From IMG/VR virus record IMGVR_UViG_2541047852_000009: 41,802 nt of DNA; one strand, 5' to 3'. Both the position numbers and the translations under genes were made by a program. This document shows, piece by piece, positions 19,531-28,212 of this stretch. The notes beneath the pieces were generated by a model. That model worked only from the letters and a program-made list of their open reading frames with translations. It was not told the DNA's origin and did no database searches. Origin of the DNA: a virus (Duplodnaviria > Heunggongvirae > Uroviricota > Caudoviricetes). Positions within the stretch are counted from its first letter, which is position 1. Every line of letters starts with the position of its first letter.

Positions 19531-21626
19531 GGATTATCTTCCGCACGCTCCGTCCGCAGTTTTTTCTTCCGGCGACGGCGTTTTTCTGCCCCGGCCGTCA
19601 GTTCCGGGGATACCGTTTCACCAGAACGCTCCTGCGGGAAGACGAGCCACGTTTCCCGCTGTGCCCAGTCCGGTGCGGAGGGCCAGCGGATCTTTTCGTA
19701 ACCATGCAGAACGGCAAGCGCATCCGCATAAACCAGCAGGTCAAACGCCTCGTTAGCTCCCCTGCCCGGTTTTCGCCATTTTCCGTCACTGCCGCGCTCT
19801 TCATAGGTCAGCTCATCGTAAAACCATCGCCCCAGCCAGTCGGGAAAGTGGATATAGTTCGGCCCTGGTGTGTCACGCCACAGGGCATTATTTACACGGT
19901 CCTTAAACGCATCCGTCTGAACCAGCCACAGCGCGACATCGCCACTGGCTCTGGCACGGCGGGCACTTCTGCCGGTATTATCCGGGAAGGTACGGTTAAT
20001 CAGCCTGTCACGGCGAAGTCCATCCCCCTTGAACAGAAACACCCTGTTGCCCAGTCCGTCACTCCGGCAACGACGCCAGAAACGATAGGCGTTATCTGTC
20101 ACCCCGGCTTCCCCTCCCGTATCCACCGCCATGGCCATCAGACGCATGCGCACATCCGGATCAGAAGCCAGCGGCCATGTTTTATGGAACACATCCGTCA
20201 GCAACAAATCCCAGTCCTCCGGATATGCCGCCGGATCAACCGGCAGACTTTCACCGTTGGGACTGCAGCGCAGTGAATGCCGGATGTTATAGCGATCAAC
20301 AATCCAGCGTTCCCCCTGCTCTCCGTATCCGGTGATCTGCACAACAAAACGGCGATTTTTACCGCCCTGTACGTCAACCGTTGCCTCAATAAAACGCACA
20401 CCATCCGGCACAGATCGCCGGGGAAACGGCTCGGCACGCTGTTCAAGCAGTTCACTTTTACGCTGTTCCGTGGCTGAACGGGGCAGATAGGGGCGTCCGA
20501 TATCGGTGTTCACCACCGCTTTCAGGGTCTCTTCACTGCCGGTTCGCTCATACTCTTCTTCTGCCGCCAGCAGTTTAAAAATCAGTTGTTCCCAGGTCTG
20601 AAACGCCGCAGCCGGCCCCTCCATCCAGAATGACGCAATCCGGGAATTTCGTGGCGTTCCGGTGATACTGCCGTCCGCCACCGCCCGTTCACCTTCACGA
20701 AGCCAGATCCCTTTGTTATTCAGTTCGCGTTTCTGCTCAGGGGCAATCAGCCCGCGACAATGCGGACACATCAGACGGGCAGCCTGACCGGCAGCCACAA
20801 AATCCGGGTTATTCCGGTATCCGGTCATGTTATCCATCACCGGCTGAAAATATTCCCCGCAGTGCGGACACGGCCAGTACCACCGGCGGCGGTCTCCCCG
20901 GTTATACAGTGACAGGATCCCCGTTGTTGGCGGTGCCTCATGTGCGCCGCCACAGCGCCATTTGGTGTCAGTGATATCCCGCCCCGGCGAACTCTCGACC
21001 AGGGTCATCCCCGAGGACATAAAGGTGGTGGTACGCTTTGATGCCAGGGTGAAGGCATCCCCTTCCCCGTCCACGTTTTCAGGGAAACGGTCATAATCCG
21101 TCAGCGCCACACGACGGTAATCCGAAGAAGAAAATACAGTGATCGACGGCCAGCCAATCTTCAGGAAGGAGCCGTCAAGAAACATTTTATCGTGGACGTT
21201 GTTGTCATTACGGGAAGGACTGAGACGCTTACTGACCTCCGGGCTGTGACGAAACGTTCTGGAAAGACGCGTTCTGGAGTGTTCCCGCGCCTTCGTCTCG
21301 GTCATTTGCACCACCAGCATATCCGCCGGATCACAGATGATGCCGTACACAATCCAGCCGTCAATCAGCCCTTCGGTTTTCCCGGTTCGCGCAGGTCCCA
21401 CAAACACCACCGCGTCATATTCACGGGCTGATAATGTATTAATAGGGTCAATCATATAGGGCGTCAGCGATGACTCCCACGGACCGGAAGTATTGGCTCC
21501 CCGTGGTACCCGCATATAACGCCTGATGGCTTCCGCTACTGGTAACCGGCTGGGCGGGCGAAACAGCGAGGCCACTTCGCGCCAGATATCGGATGCGCGG
21601 CTATGGCTCTCGTTCACCTGATTCAC
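19503..21626 (-). CDS. A: Terminase large subunit (lambda A family)
   Basis: 707 aa; ATPase Walker-like GPARTGKT; size and position typical of GpA. Confidence 0.9.
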   Translation of the reverse strand: MNQVNESHSRASDIWREVASLFRPPSRLPVAEAIRRYMRVPRGANTSGPWESSLTPYMIDPINTLSAREYDAVVFVGPARTGKTEGLIDGWIVYGIICDPADMLVVQMTETKAREHSRTRLSRTFRHSPEVSKRLSPSRNDNNVHDKMFLDGSFLKIGWPSITVFSSSDYRRVALTDYDRFPENVDGEGDAFTLASKRTTTFMSSGMTLVESSPGRDITDTKWRCGGAHEAPPTTGILSLYNRGDRRRWYWPCPHCGEYFQPVMDNMTGYRNNPDFVAAGQAARLMCPHCRGLIAPEQKRELNNKGIWLREGERAVADGSITGTPRNSRIASFWMEGPAAAFQTWEQLIFKLLAAEEEYERTGSEETLKAVVNTDIGRPYLPRSATEQRKSELLEQRAEPFPRRSVPDGVRFIEATVDVQGGKNRRFVVQITGYGEQGERWIVDRYNIRHSLRCSPNGESLPVDPAAYPEDWDLLLTDVFHKTWPLASDPDVRMRLMAMAVDTGGEAGVTDNAYRFWRRCRSDGLGNRVFLFKGDGLRRDRLINRTFPDNTGRSARRARASGDVALWLVQTDAFKDRVNNALWRDTPGPNYIHFPDWLGRWFYDELTYEERGSDGKWRKPGRGANEAFDLLVYADALAVLHGYEKIRWPSAPDWAQRETWLVFPQERSGETVSPELTAGAEKRRRRKKKLRTERAEDNPWITSGGWL

Positions 21627-22078
21627 ATATCGGCCTCATCACAACAGTCAATGACTGCCTTTTCCAGTGTGTCGCGGATCTCATCAACCACAATCTGTAC
21701 TTCATTCAGTTGTGATGCGGTCCACCCTCTGTCCCTTTCCAGCCGGTCAGGCCAGGTTTCCAGTACCTGAACTATCGCTTTCACCACGACAGAAAAGGAC
21801 CGCCTGACATCACTGACAGGCACAAGCTGAACAGTTTCATGCTGAAATTTAAGACGCTCGCGCTCGGACTGATACCATGCCTTCCGATCATGTGGGTTCA
21901 TCTCTTCATCTTCGGAAGTCGGTGGTTTTTCCAGCAACGAAATAATCAAATCCGTCAGGAGATACAGTTTTTTCTTTTCATTACTGCCTGGTGCAAGAGG
22001 AACATCCGCCATTCTGGCGGCAACAGTCTGCCGGTGCAGACCTGAAAGGGCTGCCAGTTGATTAATATTTAACTTCAT
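21623..22078 (-). CDS. Terminase small subunit (Nu1-like, HTH)
   Basis: N-terminal HTH KLNINQLAALSGLHRQTVAARM; stop overlaps terminase large start; start probably the internal Met (listed ORF to 22099). Confidence 0.65.
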   Translation of the reverse strand: MKLNINQLAALSGLHRQTVAARMADVPLAPGSNEKKKLYLLTDLIISLLEKPPTSEDEEMNPHDRKAWYQSERERLKFQHETVQLVPVSDVRRSFSVVVKAIVQVLETWPDRLERDRGWTASQLNEVQIVVDEIRDTLEKAVIDCCDEADM

Positions 22079-22460
22079 ATTTTTCAGCTCGCCGTCCATT
22101 TACATCCCTCCACATAAACCGCTGAACAAAAGTGGCTCTTTTTTTGTAAAGAAATGCCGCCATATAAAGATGTCGAACAAAAATCAACCGCAATCATCAT
22201 CTTTTTAATGCTAAACACATTAAAAACAATAAGTTACCATTATGATGATGATGACGATAAAATCACAAAAATGCGCCTTTTTCCGCGCCGTCCGCCCCGT
22301 GTTCAGGCCCACCCCACCAGGAGGACCCGCAAAAATGATAATGGTTATCATTTTCAATGTAGTCCGGTTTCTTCCACCATCGCACCGGACAGGCGACTAT
22401 GAGGGGACAACGCCGCGCTCCGTTAACGCGGTAAACCCCGGTGTGTATCGTTTTTGATTA

Positions 22461-22540
22461 TCCCCGCACACTCGCGCAGAGGAGTCTCCCTGTCGGGCTG
22501 CGGTCTCTGTTAATGCGGGGATACGGCGACAATACCGCGC
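22461..22540. other. Candidate cos region
   Basis: Non-coding stretch between Rz and the terminase small subunit; GGGGATACGGCGAC resembles the lambda cosN core GGGCGGCGACCT; flanked by a 10-bp perfect inverted repeat tatccccgca / tgcggggata. Confidence 0.25.
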
Positions 22541-22551
22541 ATCAGCAAAAC

Positions 22552-23019
22552 TTATTTCAGGCACTGAGTGCGGATATATTCCTGCGCCACTTCCAGCTGC
22601 TTCTGCATCAGCATCAACCGCTCTCTGAGAGTGAAATAATCCCGTTCAGCGGTGTCTGCCAGTCGGGGGCCGGTTGCATTATCCACGCCGGAGGTGGTGG
22701 GGGCTTCACGCACGGTACCGGGGCAGGTGGCGTTGATCCGCAGGCGCTTACGACCAGCGGCAACGTCAGCGCGCAGAGTTTCATTTTCAGTTCTCGCATC
22801 GGCTAATTCCCTCGAGTATCTGGCATCAAGTGCAGCAACATCACGCTGGCGCTGCTGCATATCAGTAATGGTTGCATTTGCCTGCTCCAGCTCACTGACT
22901 TTTTTATCGCGCTGCTCTTTGTAGGTTATGGCGTTATCACGGTAATGATTCAGCCCCAGACTAAGCGCACCACAGGCCACCAGCAGGGCAATGATGACCA
23001 CGCACAGTACGCGGTTCAT
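22552..23019 (-). CDS. Rz: Spanin, inner-membrane subunit (Rz)
   Basis: 155 aa; matches lambda Rz (NHYRDNAITYK.QRDK...RDVAALDA.Y..ELADA...). Confidence 0.85.
   Translation of the reverse strand: MNRVLCVVIIALLVACGALSLGLNHYRDNAITYKEQRDKKVSELEQANATITDMQQRQRDVAALDARYSRELADARTENETLRADVAAGRKRLRINATCPGTVREAPTTSGVDNATGPRLADTAERDYFTLRERLMLMQKQLEVAQEYIRTQCLK
22614..22784 (-). CDS. Rz1: Spanin, outer-membrane lipoprotein subunit (Rz1), embedded in Rz in the +1 frame
   Basis: Lipobox LVVSAC, then CVKPPPPPAWIMQP.PDWQTPLNGIIS, matching lambda Rz1. Confidence 0.75.
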   Translation of the reverse strand: MKLCALTLPLVVSACGSTPPAPVPCVKPPPPPAWIMQPAPDWQTPLNGIISLSESG

Positions 23020-23020
23020 T

Positions 23021-23119
23021 TCACCACCAGCGTATCTGACCGATGAAATAACCGGAGGCCATAATCACAAACACCAGCCAGATAAGAATGAACTTCCAGG
23101 TGGATAATTTTTCAGCCAT
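23021..23119 (-). CDS. Candidate 32-aa hydrophobic peptide between R and Rz
   Basis: ATG at 23119 preceded by GGGAGA (8-nt spacing); translation MAEKLSTWKFILIWLVFVIMASGYFIGQIRWW; stop TGA overlaps the Rz start (TGAaATG). Below the ORF-track size cutoff. Confidence 0.3.
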   Translation of the reverse strand: MAEKLSTWKFILIWLVFVIMASGYFIGQIRWW

Positions 23120-23194
23120 CACTCGAATCTCCCGAATCAGTTTGCTAAAATCAAACACACTTTCTCCTTTGACTTTTCCAGAGTCAGGAAACAC

Positions 23195-23228
23195 AAAACC
23201 CCGCTTGCAGCCAACAAACGGGGTTTTT
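23195..23228. terminator. Bidirectional terminator-like hairpin in the R-Rz gap
   Basis: aaaaccccg ... cggggttttt: GC stem flanked by an A-run and a T-run. Confidence 0.4.
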
Positions 23229-23317
23229 ACTTTTATTCACTTAGTTTTTGTCAGTTCGCAGGATTTCGTGTTATCCGTCCGTGTAAGCAAACCGCATTTT
23301 TCAGCACAATATTCTGC

Positions 23318-23851
23318 TTATCTGTCGATACCCCAGCACGCCAGCGCGCTCTCCTGGTCACGACGGGATACCTGACCGTAGCAGTTGTTTGAACGAATAC
23401 GGCAGTCTCTGCCACCGTCCTTAATCCACCAGCGAATCGCCTCACACGCTCCCCTGCGATCACCTGCATTAATTCGTTTATAAAACGTCGACGGGAAACA
23501 CTTACCGGGACCAATGTTGTACGGACAGAATGACGCGATCCCCGCTTTCTGGGGTTCGCTCAATGGCACTTTGATGTTTTTCTCCACCCATGCCAGCGCC
23601 TTATCACGCTCAATGGCGTTAACCCGGTCGCATTTTTCCTTCGACAACTTCATGCCCGGAACGACAGGTTTGCCATCCACCAGGATGGCACCGCGGCAGA
23701 TGGTCCAGATACCCGCACCATCACGGTATGCCGTGGTGTGGTTACCTTCCTTTTCATCCAGAAACTGGTCGAGAATGTCAGGCGCAGGCGCACCAGCGGC
23801 AATCAGCGCCAGAACGGCAGCCGACAGGCCGTATCTGATTTTTGCGTTCAT
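23318..23851 (-). CDS. R: Endolysin, phage lysozyme with N-terminal SAR (signal-anchor-release) segment
   Basis: 177 aa; hydrophobic Gly/Ala-rich N-terminus (GLSAAVLALIAAGAPAP); lysozyme-like core; pairs with a pinholin. Confidence 0.85.
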   Translation of the reverse strand: MNAKIRYGLSAAVLALIAAGAPAPDILDQFLDEKEGNHTTAYRDGAGIWTICRGAILVDGKPVVPGMKLSKEKCDRVNAIERDKALAWVEKNIKVPLSEPQKAGIASFCPYNIGPGKCFPSTFYKRINAGDRRGACEAIRWWIKDGGRDCRIRSNNCYGQVSRRDQESALACWGIDR

Positions 23852-23956
23852 GGATATTTATCAGGATTTATCGGTTTCTGAGCCCTGGATATGTTTATCA
23901 GTTCCAGCCTGTTGCCTCAGGCTGCTAACAGGTCAATACAATCATGAGGATTATTT

Positions 23957-24229
23957 ATGGACAATAACACCATTTCTCTACAGGAGTTGCTCGACAGCAT
24001 TTCCAGGCTTCGGGAAGACGTGAATACCCTTACCGTCGCCTTCTCATATCTGGCATTCTCAATTCCAAGGGAACAGATGCAATCAACGCTGGCATCAATC
24101 CAGTTTGAATCATGCAATCCCAAATGGTCTCAGGAACAACAAGACTCTTTCAGGCGGCTTGCTGTATTACTGGATGAAAAATATGCTGGTAAAATTACCA
24201 TTTCGGTGGAGTCTTCAGAGAACCAGTAA
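23957..24229 (+). CDS. Hypothetical 90-aa protein, opposite strand, inserted in the lysis cassette
   Basis: ATG 23957 with GAGGA 6 nt upstream; 3' end overlaps the convergent 114-aa ORF by 35 nt. Confidence 0.45.
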   Translation: MDNNTISLQELLDSISRLREDVNTLTVAFSYLAFSIPREQMQSTLASIQFESCNPKWSQEQQDSFRRLAVLLDEKYAGKITISVESSENQ

Positions 24230-24539
24230 TTCTTCCCGGTAGCTTTCCTTTGTAGGTTATCCATACATTCTGCGCCTCTAAAATTACGGGGCGCTTTTCC
24301 GGCGACTGCTCATCCCCTTCACATAACCCGGCAGCAACATCCAGGAAGACCTGTCTGATGCTCATTCTGGCTGCTGCCTCATAAAACTCCAGCGCGGCAC
24401 CTTCAACACGGTCCAGCGAGATGTCCAGGTCAAAAATTTCACCGTCAAAGCGTTTTTTGTCCCGTAACGCTAAAGTTACCGTAACTTTATTCTCAAAATT
24501 GCGGATCCCTTTCACAATCAGTTCATAGTTTTGAGTCAT
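24195..24539 (-). CDS. Small protein between holin and endolysin (DUF1327/YdfR-like, tentative)
   Basis: 114-aa ORF directly downstream of the holin; family assignment from memory only. Confidence 0.4.
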   Translation of the reverse strand: MTQNYELIVKGIRNFENKVTVTLALRDKKRFDGEIFDLDISLDRVEGAALEFYEAAARMSIRQVFLDVAAGLCEGDEQSPEKRPVILEAQNVWITYKGKLPGRITGSLKTPPKW

Positions 24540-24543
24540 TGAA

Positions 24544-24759
24544 TTACTCTCCCCGTGCCGCCTTACGACGGTCCTCTCTGATTTTGAAATACAGGTTAGT
24601 CAGATATGTCAGCAGCCCAAACAGCAGACTCCCCAGCACGCCTATTGCCGCCCACTGAGACGGGGAAACCCTGTCCAGCAACTGCAGGAACCAGTAGCCC
24701 GTTCCCACCGCTGACGTGGTGTATGACACACCTGTTGTGATTTTTTCCATCTGGTACAT
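24544..24759 (-). CDS. S: Holin, S21-like class II pinholin
   Basis: 71 aa; two TM segments; C-terminus [15 protein letters not shown] matches phage 21 / Stx-phage S as recalled. Confidence 0.85.
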   Translation of the reverse strand: MYQMEKITTGVSYTTSAVGTGYWFLQLLDRVSPSQWAAIGVLGSLLFGLLTYLTNLYFKIREDRRKAARGE

Positions 24760-24834
24760 ACCCCGTCTCCCGCAATCCGGAAGCTCACAACAACAAGTGG
24801 GGCATCAGCTCACACCGACACCCCCTGCGCATGG

Positions 24835-25104
24835 TTACATCATCATTTCGCCGTCAGGCTGAGGCTCTTCACTACCGTCAGGCTGAGACCCGACGCCATC
24901 TGAAACAGTACTGTCATCCGCAATGCCTTCCGGCTCCGGAACCGCTGGTACGCCCAGCAGCTCATCCAGAATGGCATCCACTTCTGCATCAAGACGCGCC
25001 TCAAGGTTCTGGCGGAGTTTCTGTTTCAGTGCACTCCGGACTTCTTCAGAGCGCAGGACTTCCTTCACTGCCTCAGCAGTGACCAGGGATGTGATTTCTG
25101 ACAT
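24835..25104 (-). CDS. Hypothetical acidic protein upstream of the holin
   Basis: 89 aa from internal ATG 25104 (MSEITSLV...); listed ORF extends to 25278; weak RBS. Confidence 0.35.
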   Translation of the reverse strand: MSEITSLVTAEAVKEVLRSEEVRSALKQKLRQNLEARLDAEVDAILDELLGVPAVPEPEGIADDSTVSDGVGSQPDGSEEPQPDGEMMM

Positions 25105-25141
25105 GGGATTTTCTCGTTGAAAGGTGTTGTCAAGAAAGTGA

Positions 25142-25324
25142 CTACGGAATGAGCGGATCTTCGGGTTTGCTTCCGGCTGACTGACTGGCGCTGATTCTCT
25201 CAGCGGCCCTTTTATCAATCTGCCTGCGCCAGAAATCGCGCACTGCCCTGTACCCACCCGAAAGAAGATACATAACACAGACTGCCGTACAGAAGTACAG
25301 CATCACCTGATGAATAAATGTCAT
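25142..25324 (-). CDS. Small membrane protein (60 aa)
   Basis: Single hydrophobic segment then basic tail; ATG 25324. Confidence 0.4.
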   Translation of the reverse strand: MTFIHQVMLYFCTAVCVMYLLSGGYRAVRDFWRRQIDKRAAERISASQSAGSKPEDPLIP

Positions 25325-25421
25325 AATTTCTTACCGTTATGGTTGACAATGAGAACTGTTTTCATTTAAAAAACCGATATACGAAAGCATCTTTTCTTTA
25401 CATTCTCCATTGGGATTACCT

Positions 25422-25459
25422 CCGCCAGCTTCCATTCCTGCCGCTGGCGGCCTTTTTTT
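25422..25459 (+). terminator. Plus-strand rho-independent terminator immediately 3' of the NanS-p-like gene
   Basis: 8-bp stem ccgccagc/gctggcgg (25422-25429 / 25443-25450) followed by TTTTTTT (25453-25459). Confidence 0.45.
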
Positions 25460-25460
25460 A

Positions 25461-27431
25461 TCATGCCGCAGCATCCGCGTTGTTCACTTCCACCTTCACA
25501 CTGTCAATCAGCAGCGTATATGTCGCCGCCTTTGATATGCCTGTCAGTTGCAGTTTGTCCGCCGCCCCTGATGCCGGAGATTTCACCAGTGTGAACGGCG
25601 TCCCCCGTTTCTCATCCAGTACCGGCGTCACCTGAATGCTGTTGTTTCCGGCAAACTCAAAAGCCAGTGTGTGCCATCCGTTATCAAAGACCCCGAACGT
25701 ATCCAGCTTCGCATTCGGCTTCTTGTGGTGCATCGCGTTCAGGTTCGTCGCATCCGTCTGCAGGAAGAAGGACATCAGCATGTCGTTGCCTTCCTCTGCC
25801 AGCGTCACTCCCTCCGGCAGGGACGACAACTGCCAGTAAATGCCCAGGGCAAACTGATTCGGCACCAGTGAACCCGGCAACTTAAACCGTACGCTCACAC
25901 GTCCCCCCTTCTTCAGTAACTCCACTCCCTGTCCGGCTGCATCATGCTCCAGAAACCAGATGTGGTTTTCCGGTTTATTCAGTTGCAGGGCCTTACCTCC
26001 CGTAGCCCCCGCATCACTGACCACCGCTTCAGCAATGTTTTTGTTAACATTGTCTCCGCTCGCCGGTTTGTGATAATAGCGCCAGCCCTGTGATGCCAGG
26101 TCTTCGCCGGACGCCAGCAGACTCATCAGGGTTCGGTTACTGACCGGGGCTTCCGGCTCTCTCTCCGTACCTTCACCGGAAGGTCCGGTGGGCTTCACCG
26201 TATCAGGCTGTTTTCCGGTAATGAATTCAGCGTTTCTCCCGGCATGCACAAGAATCGCCGTTGCCAGACGGTCGGAAATAATCCCACGACGTGCCCATGA
26301 TCCAAAATGCGTTTTACGGTCAGCCGTCGTCCAGGTTTTGGCGTCCGTTCGACCACCGGCTCCGTAATACCCAATATCCGCAACATCCGGATCTTCTGAC
26401 GGCTCGTTGGTACCCACATTTCGCCCGTTTTCATCCGTCATAAACGGCACAAAGAAGATTTTTTTTGCGGATTTCGTCTTGTATGCACCATACACCGCAT
26501 CGTATTGCGAAGAATAAGTCTGCTTCCAGTAGTAGGTCGTGTCGCCACAAATCCAGGGAACTGATGACGGAGAGCCCCCGAGACACTGACCTCCGAATTC
26601 CGACAGGTCAGAACGATATTTTTCCACCATGGAATCAAACAGCCCCGGCTGAGTGGCGTATGCACCCTGTTTCAAATCAAACTCGCCCTGCATCCAGACC
26701 ACTGCAAGCAGAATATTTTTAGGGTTGGCCTTCAGTGCGGCCTGAGTACGGGTAAGCAGGTCCTTGTACAGTGGCTTATCTACACCCCAGCGTGCCGAGG
26801 TCTCGCTTGCGCCGGTGGATTCGCTGAAGGTACCTTCATCGCCCGCCAAAAATGCAGAACCACCACGGCAGCACGGAACCAGAAGAATACCGGCATTCGC
26901 CGGAATAAACGGCAACAATTTCTTCGCGATATGTAATCCCTGCCCCACGCATCCATACTGAGCTGCGCTGGCTTTCGGGTGTGAAAACTTACTCAAATCC
27001 TGAACATCATGCAGGCAGTGGTCCGCAGGAATAATGTCATTGTAGTTACAGGACGCACCACCCGGCGTGACAGTGCTGCGACGCGCCAGCTGTTTAATAC
27101 GCGGGTCCGGACGGTCATATGTCTCCGGCAGCGGAAGCCCTTCACCATACGCCATACCGTTTGACTGCCCGGCCAGGGCAACAACAAAGTAATACTCCGG
27201 GTTGCTGGTGGTGCTGATAACTGCGCCTTCTCCATCCGACGGCTTCACCACCACAGGTGTGGTGACATTACCTTCTGCGACAATCGCCTGAATAAGTGCT
27301 GCGCCATCATCCGTATACGAAGAAAACGGCCCGCCGTATGGTTGCCATCCTTCACGAATTTTTTGAGCAAGCGCATCCGCAAGGTCTGACGGCGATGCCG
27401 CCCTGACCACGTCATAGTGTTTAAATGCCAT
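25461..27431 (-). CDS. Prophage NanS-p-like sialate O-acetylesterase (DUF1737 N-terminus plus SGNH/esterase domain)
   Basis: 656 aa; position between the tRNA cluster and the holin is where 933W-type phages carry this gene; strong RBS GGAGGA. Confidence 0.7.
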   Translation of the reverse strand: MAFKHYDVVRAASPSDLADALAQKIREGWQPYGGPFSSYTDDGAALIQAIVAEGNVTTPVVVKPSDGEGAVISTTSNPEYYFVVALAGQSNGMAYGEGLPLPETYDRPDPRIKQLARRSTVTPGGASCNYNDIIPADHCLHDVQDLSKFSHPKASAAQYGCVGQGLHIAKKLLPFIPANAGILLVPCCRGGSAFLAGDEGTFSESTGASETSARWGVDKPLYKDLLTRTQAALKANPKNILLAVVWMQGEFDLKQGAYATQPGLFDSMVEKYRSDLSEFGGQCLGGSPSSVPWICGDTTYYWKQTYSSQYDAVYGAYKTKSAKKIFFVPFMTDENGRNVGTNEPSEDPDVADIGYYGAGGRTDAKTWTTADRKTHFGSWARRGIISDRLATAILVHAGRNAEFITGKQPDTVKPTGPSGEGTEREPEAPVSNRTLMSLLASGEDLASQGWRYYHKPASGDNVNKNIAEAVVSDAGATGGKALQLNKPENHIWFLEHDAAGQGVELLKKGGRVSVRFKLPGSLVPNQFALGIYWQLSSLPEGVTLAEEGNDMLMSFFLQTDATNLNAMHHKKPNAKLDTFGVFDNGWHTLAFEFAGNNSIQVTPVLDEKRGTPFTLVKSPASGAADKLQLTGISKAATYTLLIDSVKVEVNNADAAA

Positions 27432-27922
27432 GAATCCTCCCGGCCGGGATAATATTGTGAGTAAAATAAGGAGCGGGCTGAAGTCCGGAAGTTACAGGAC
27501 AATGGCAGAAGAGAGACGACAGCCCGCAATTCGAAAAAGGCCACGCAGTTGCGCAGCCTTATGAATTCTGGTTAAAATCCATTCGATTATAAAAATGTAT
27601 ATCTCATGCTGTTGCCCGAACCCACTCGGTTTTTTTTTGCCCACAAGAAAGCCCCTCCGGAGAGGGGCTAAAGCCGCGTATCTGTATCATCATGCACATG
27701 GTGCCGGGTGCCTCCCGGTGAGTTCAGTATCAGCACCTGAACCCGCACAGAAAGGATAAGGGTCGGTGACAAAACACCAGTCGCTGATTGCCCCTCCGCA
27801 CAGGGGGATTCACCATGCCAGTTTCTTTTAACAAACTCCCCGCAAAACAGACAACTGTCAACCGTCTGAATTGTGAGACATTTAAAAAAAAGCCCGCAAA
27901 AGCGAGCCGGGAAAAATAAGTC

Positions 27923-27999
27923 TGGCGCGTTGTACTGGATTCGAACCAGTGACCGATTGCTTAGAAGGCAATTGCTCTGTCCGGCTGAGCTAATAACGC
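27923..27999 (-). tRNA. tRNA-Arg (anticodon TCT), phage-encoded
   Basis: Hand-folded cloverleaf, 77 nt: anticodon loop cTTCTAa, T-loop TTCGAAT, 3' CCA encoded; one A-C mismatch in the acceptor stem. Confidence 0.75.
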
Positions 28000-28012
28000 A
28001 GGGTACAGATAA

Positions 28013-28089
28013 TGGACCGCCATCGAGGACTCGAACCCCGCGCAACCAGCTTCGAAGGCTGGCGCTCTATCCTGATGAGCTAATGGCGG
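28013..28089 (-). tRNA. tRNA-Arg-like (anticodon TCG by hand fold)
   Basis: 77 nt: acceptor ccgccat/atggcgg, anticodon stem ccagc/gctgg with loop cTTCGAa, T-loop TTCGAGT, CCA encoded; unusual C1 start. Confidence 0.6.
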
Positions 28090-28096
28090 TATGTGA

Positions 28097-28172
28097 TGGT
28101 GGCCCTTGCTGGATTTGAACCAGCGACCTAGCGATTATGAATCGCTCGCTCTCACCACTGAGCTAAAGGGCC
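28097..28172 (-). tRNA. tRNA-Ile2/Met (anticodon CAT), ileX/ileZ-like
   Basis: 76 nt: acceptor ggccctt/aagggcc, anticodon loop tTCATAa, T-loop TTCAAAT, CCA encoded; closely resembles E. coli tRNA-Ile(LAU). Confidence 0.8.
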
Positions 28173-28212
28173 GGGAGCCGCATAATAACGACGCGTAATT
28201 AATTCTTCAATA

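Noticed and set aside
22154-22457. Plus-strand ORFs (82 and 71 aa) in the cos region as possible bor-like lipoprotein genes
   Set aside because: No signal peptide or lipobox, no RBS, and no resemblance to Bor; region is better explained as non-coding packaging DNA.
27432-27922. Looked for Shiga-toxin (stxA/stxB) or other toxin ORFs at the canonical position between the tRNA cluster and the NanS-p-like gene
   Set aside because: No ORF of appropriate size or signal peptide in any frame; only hairpins and a T-run.
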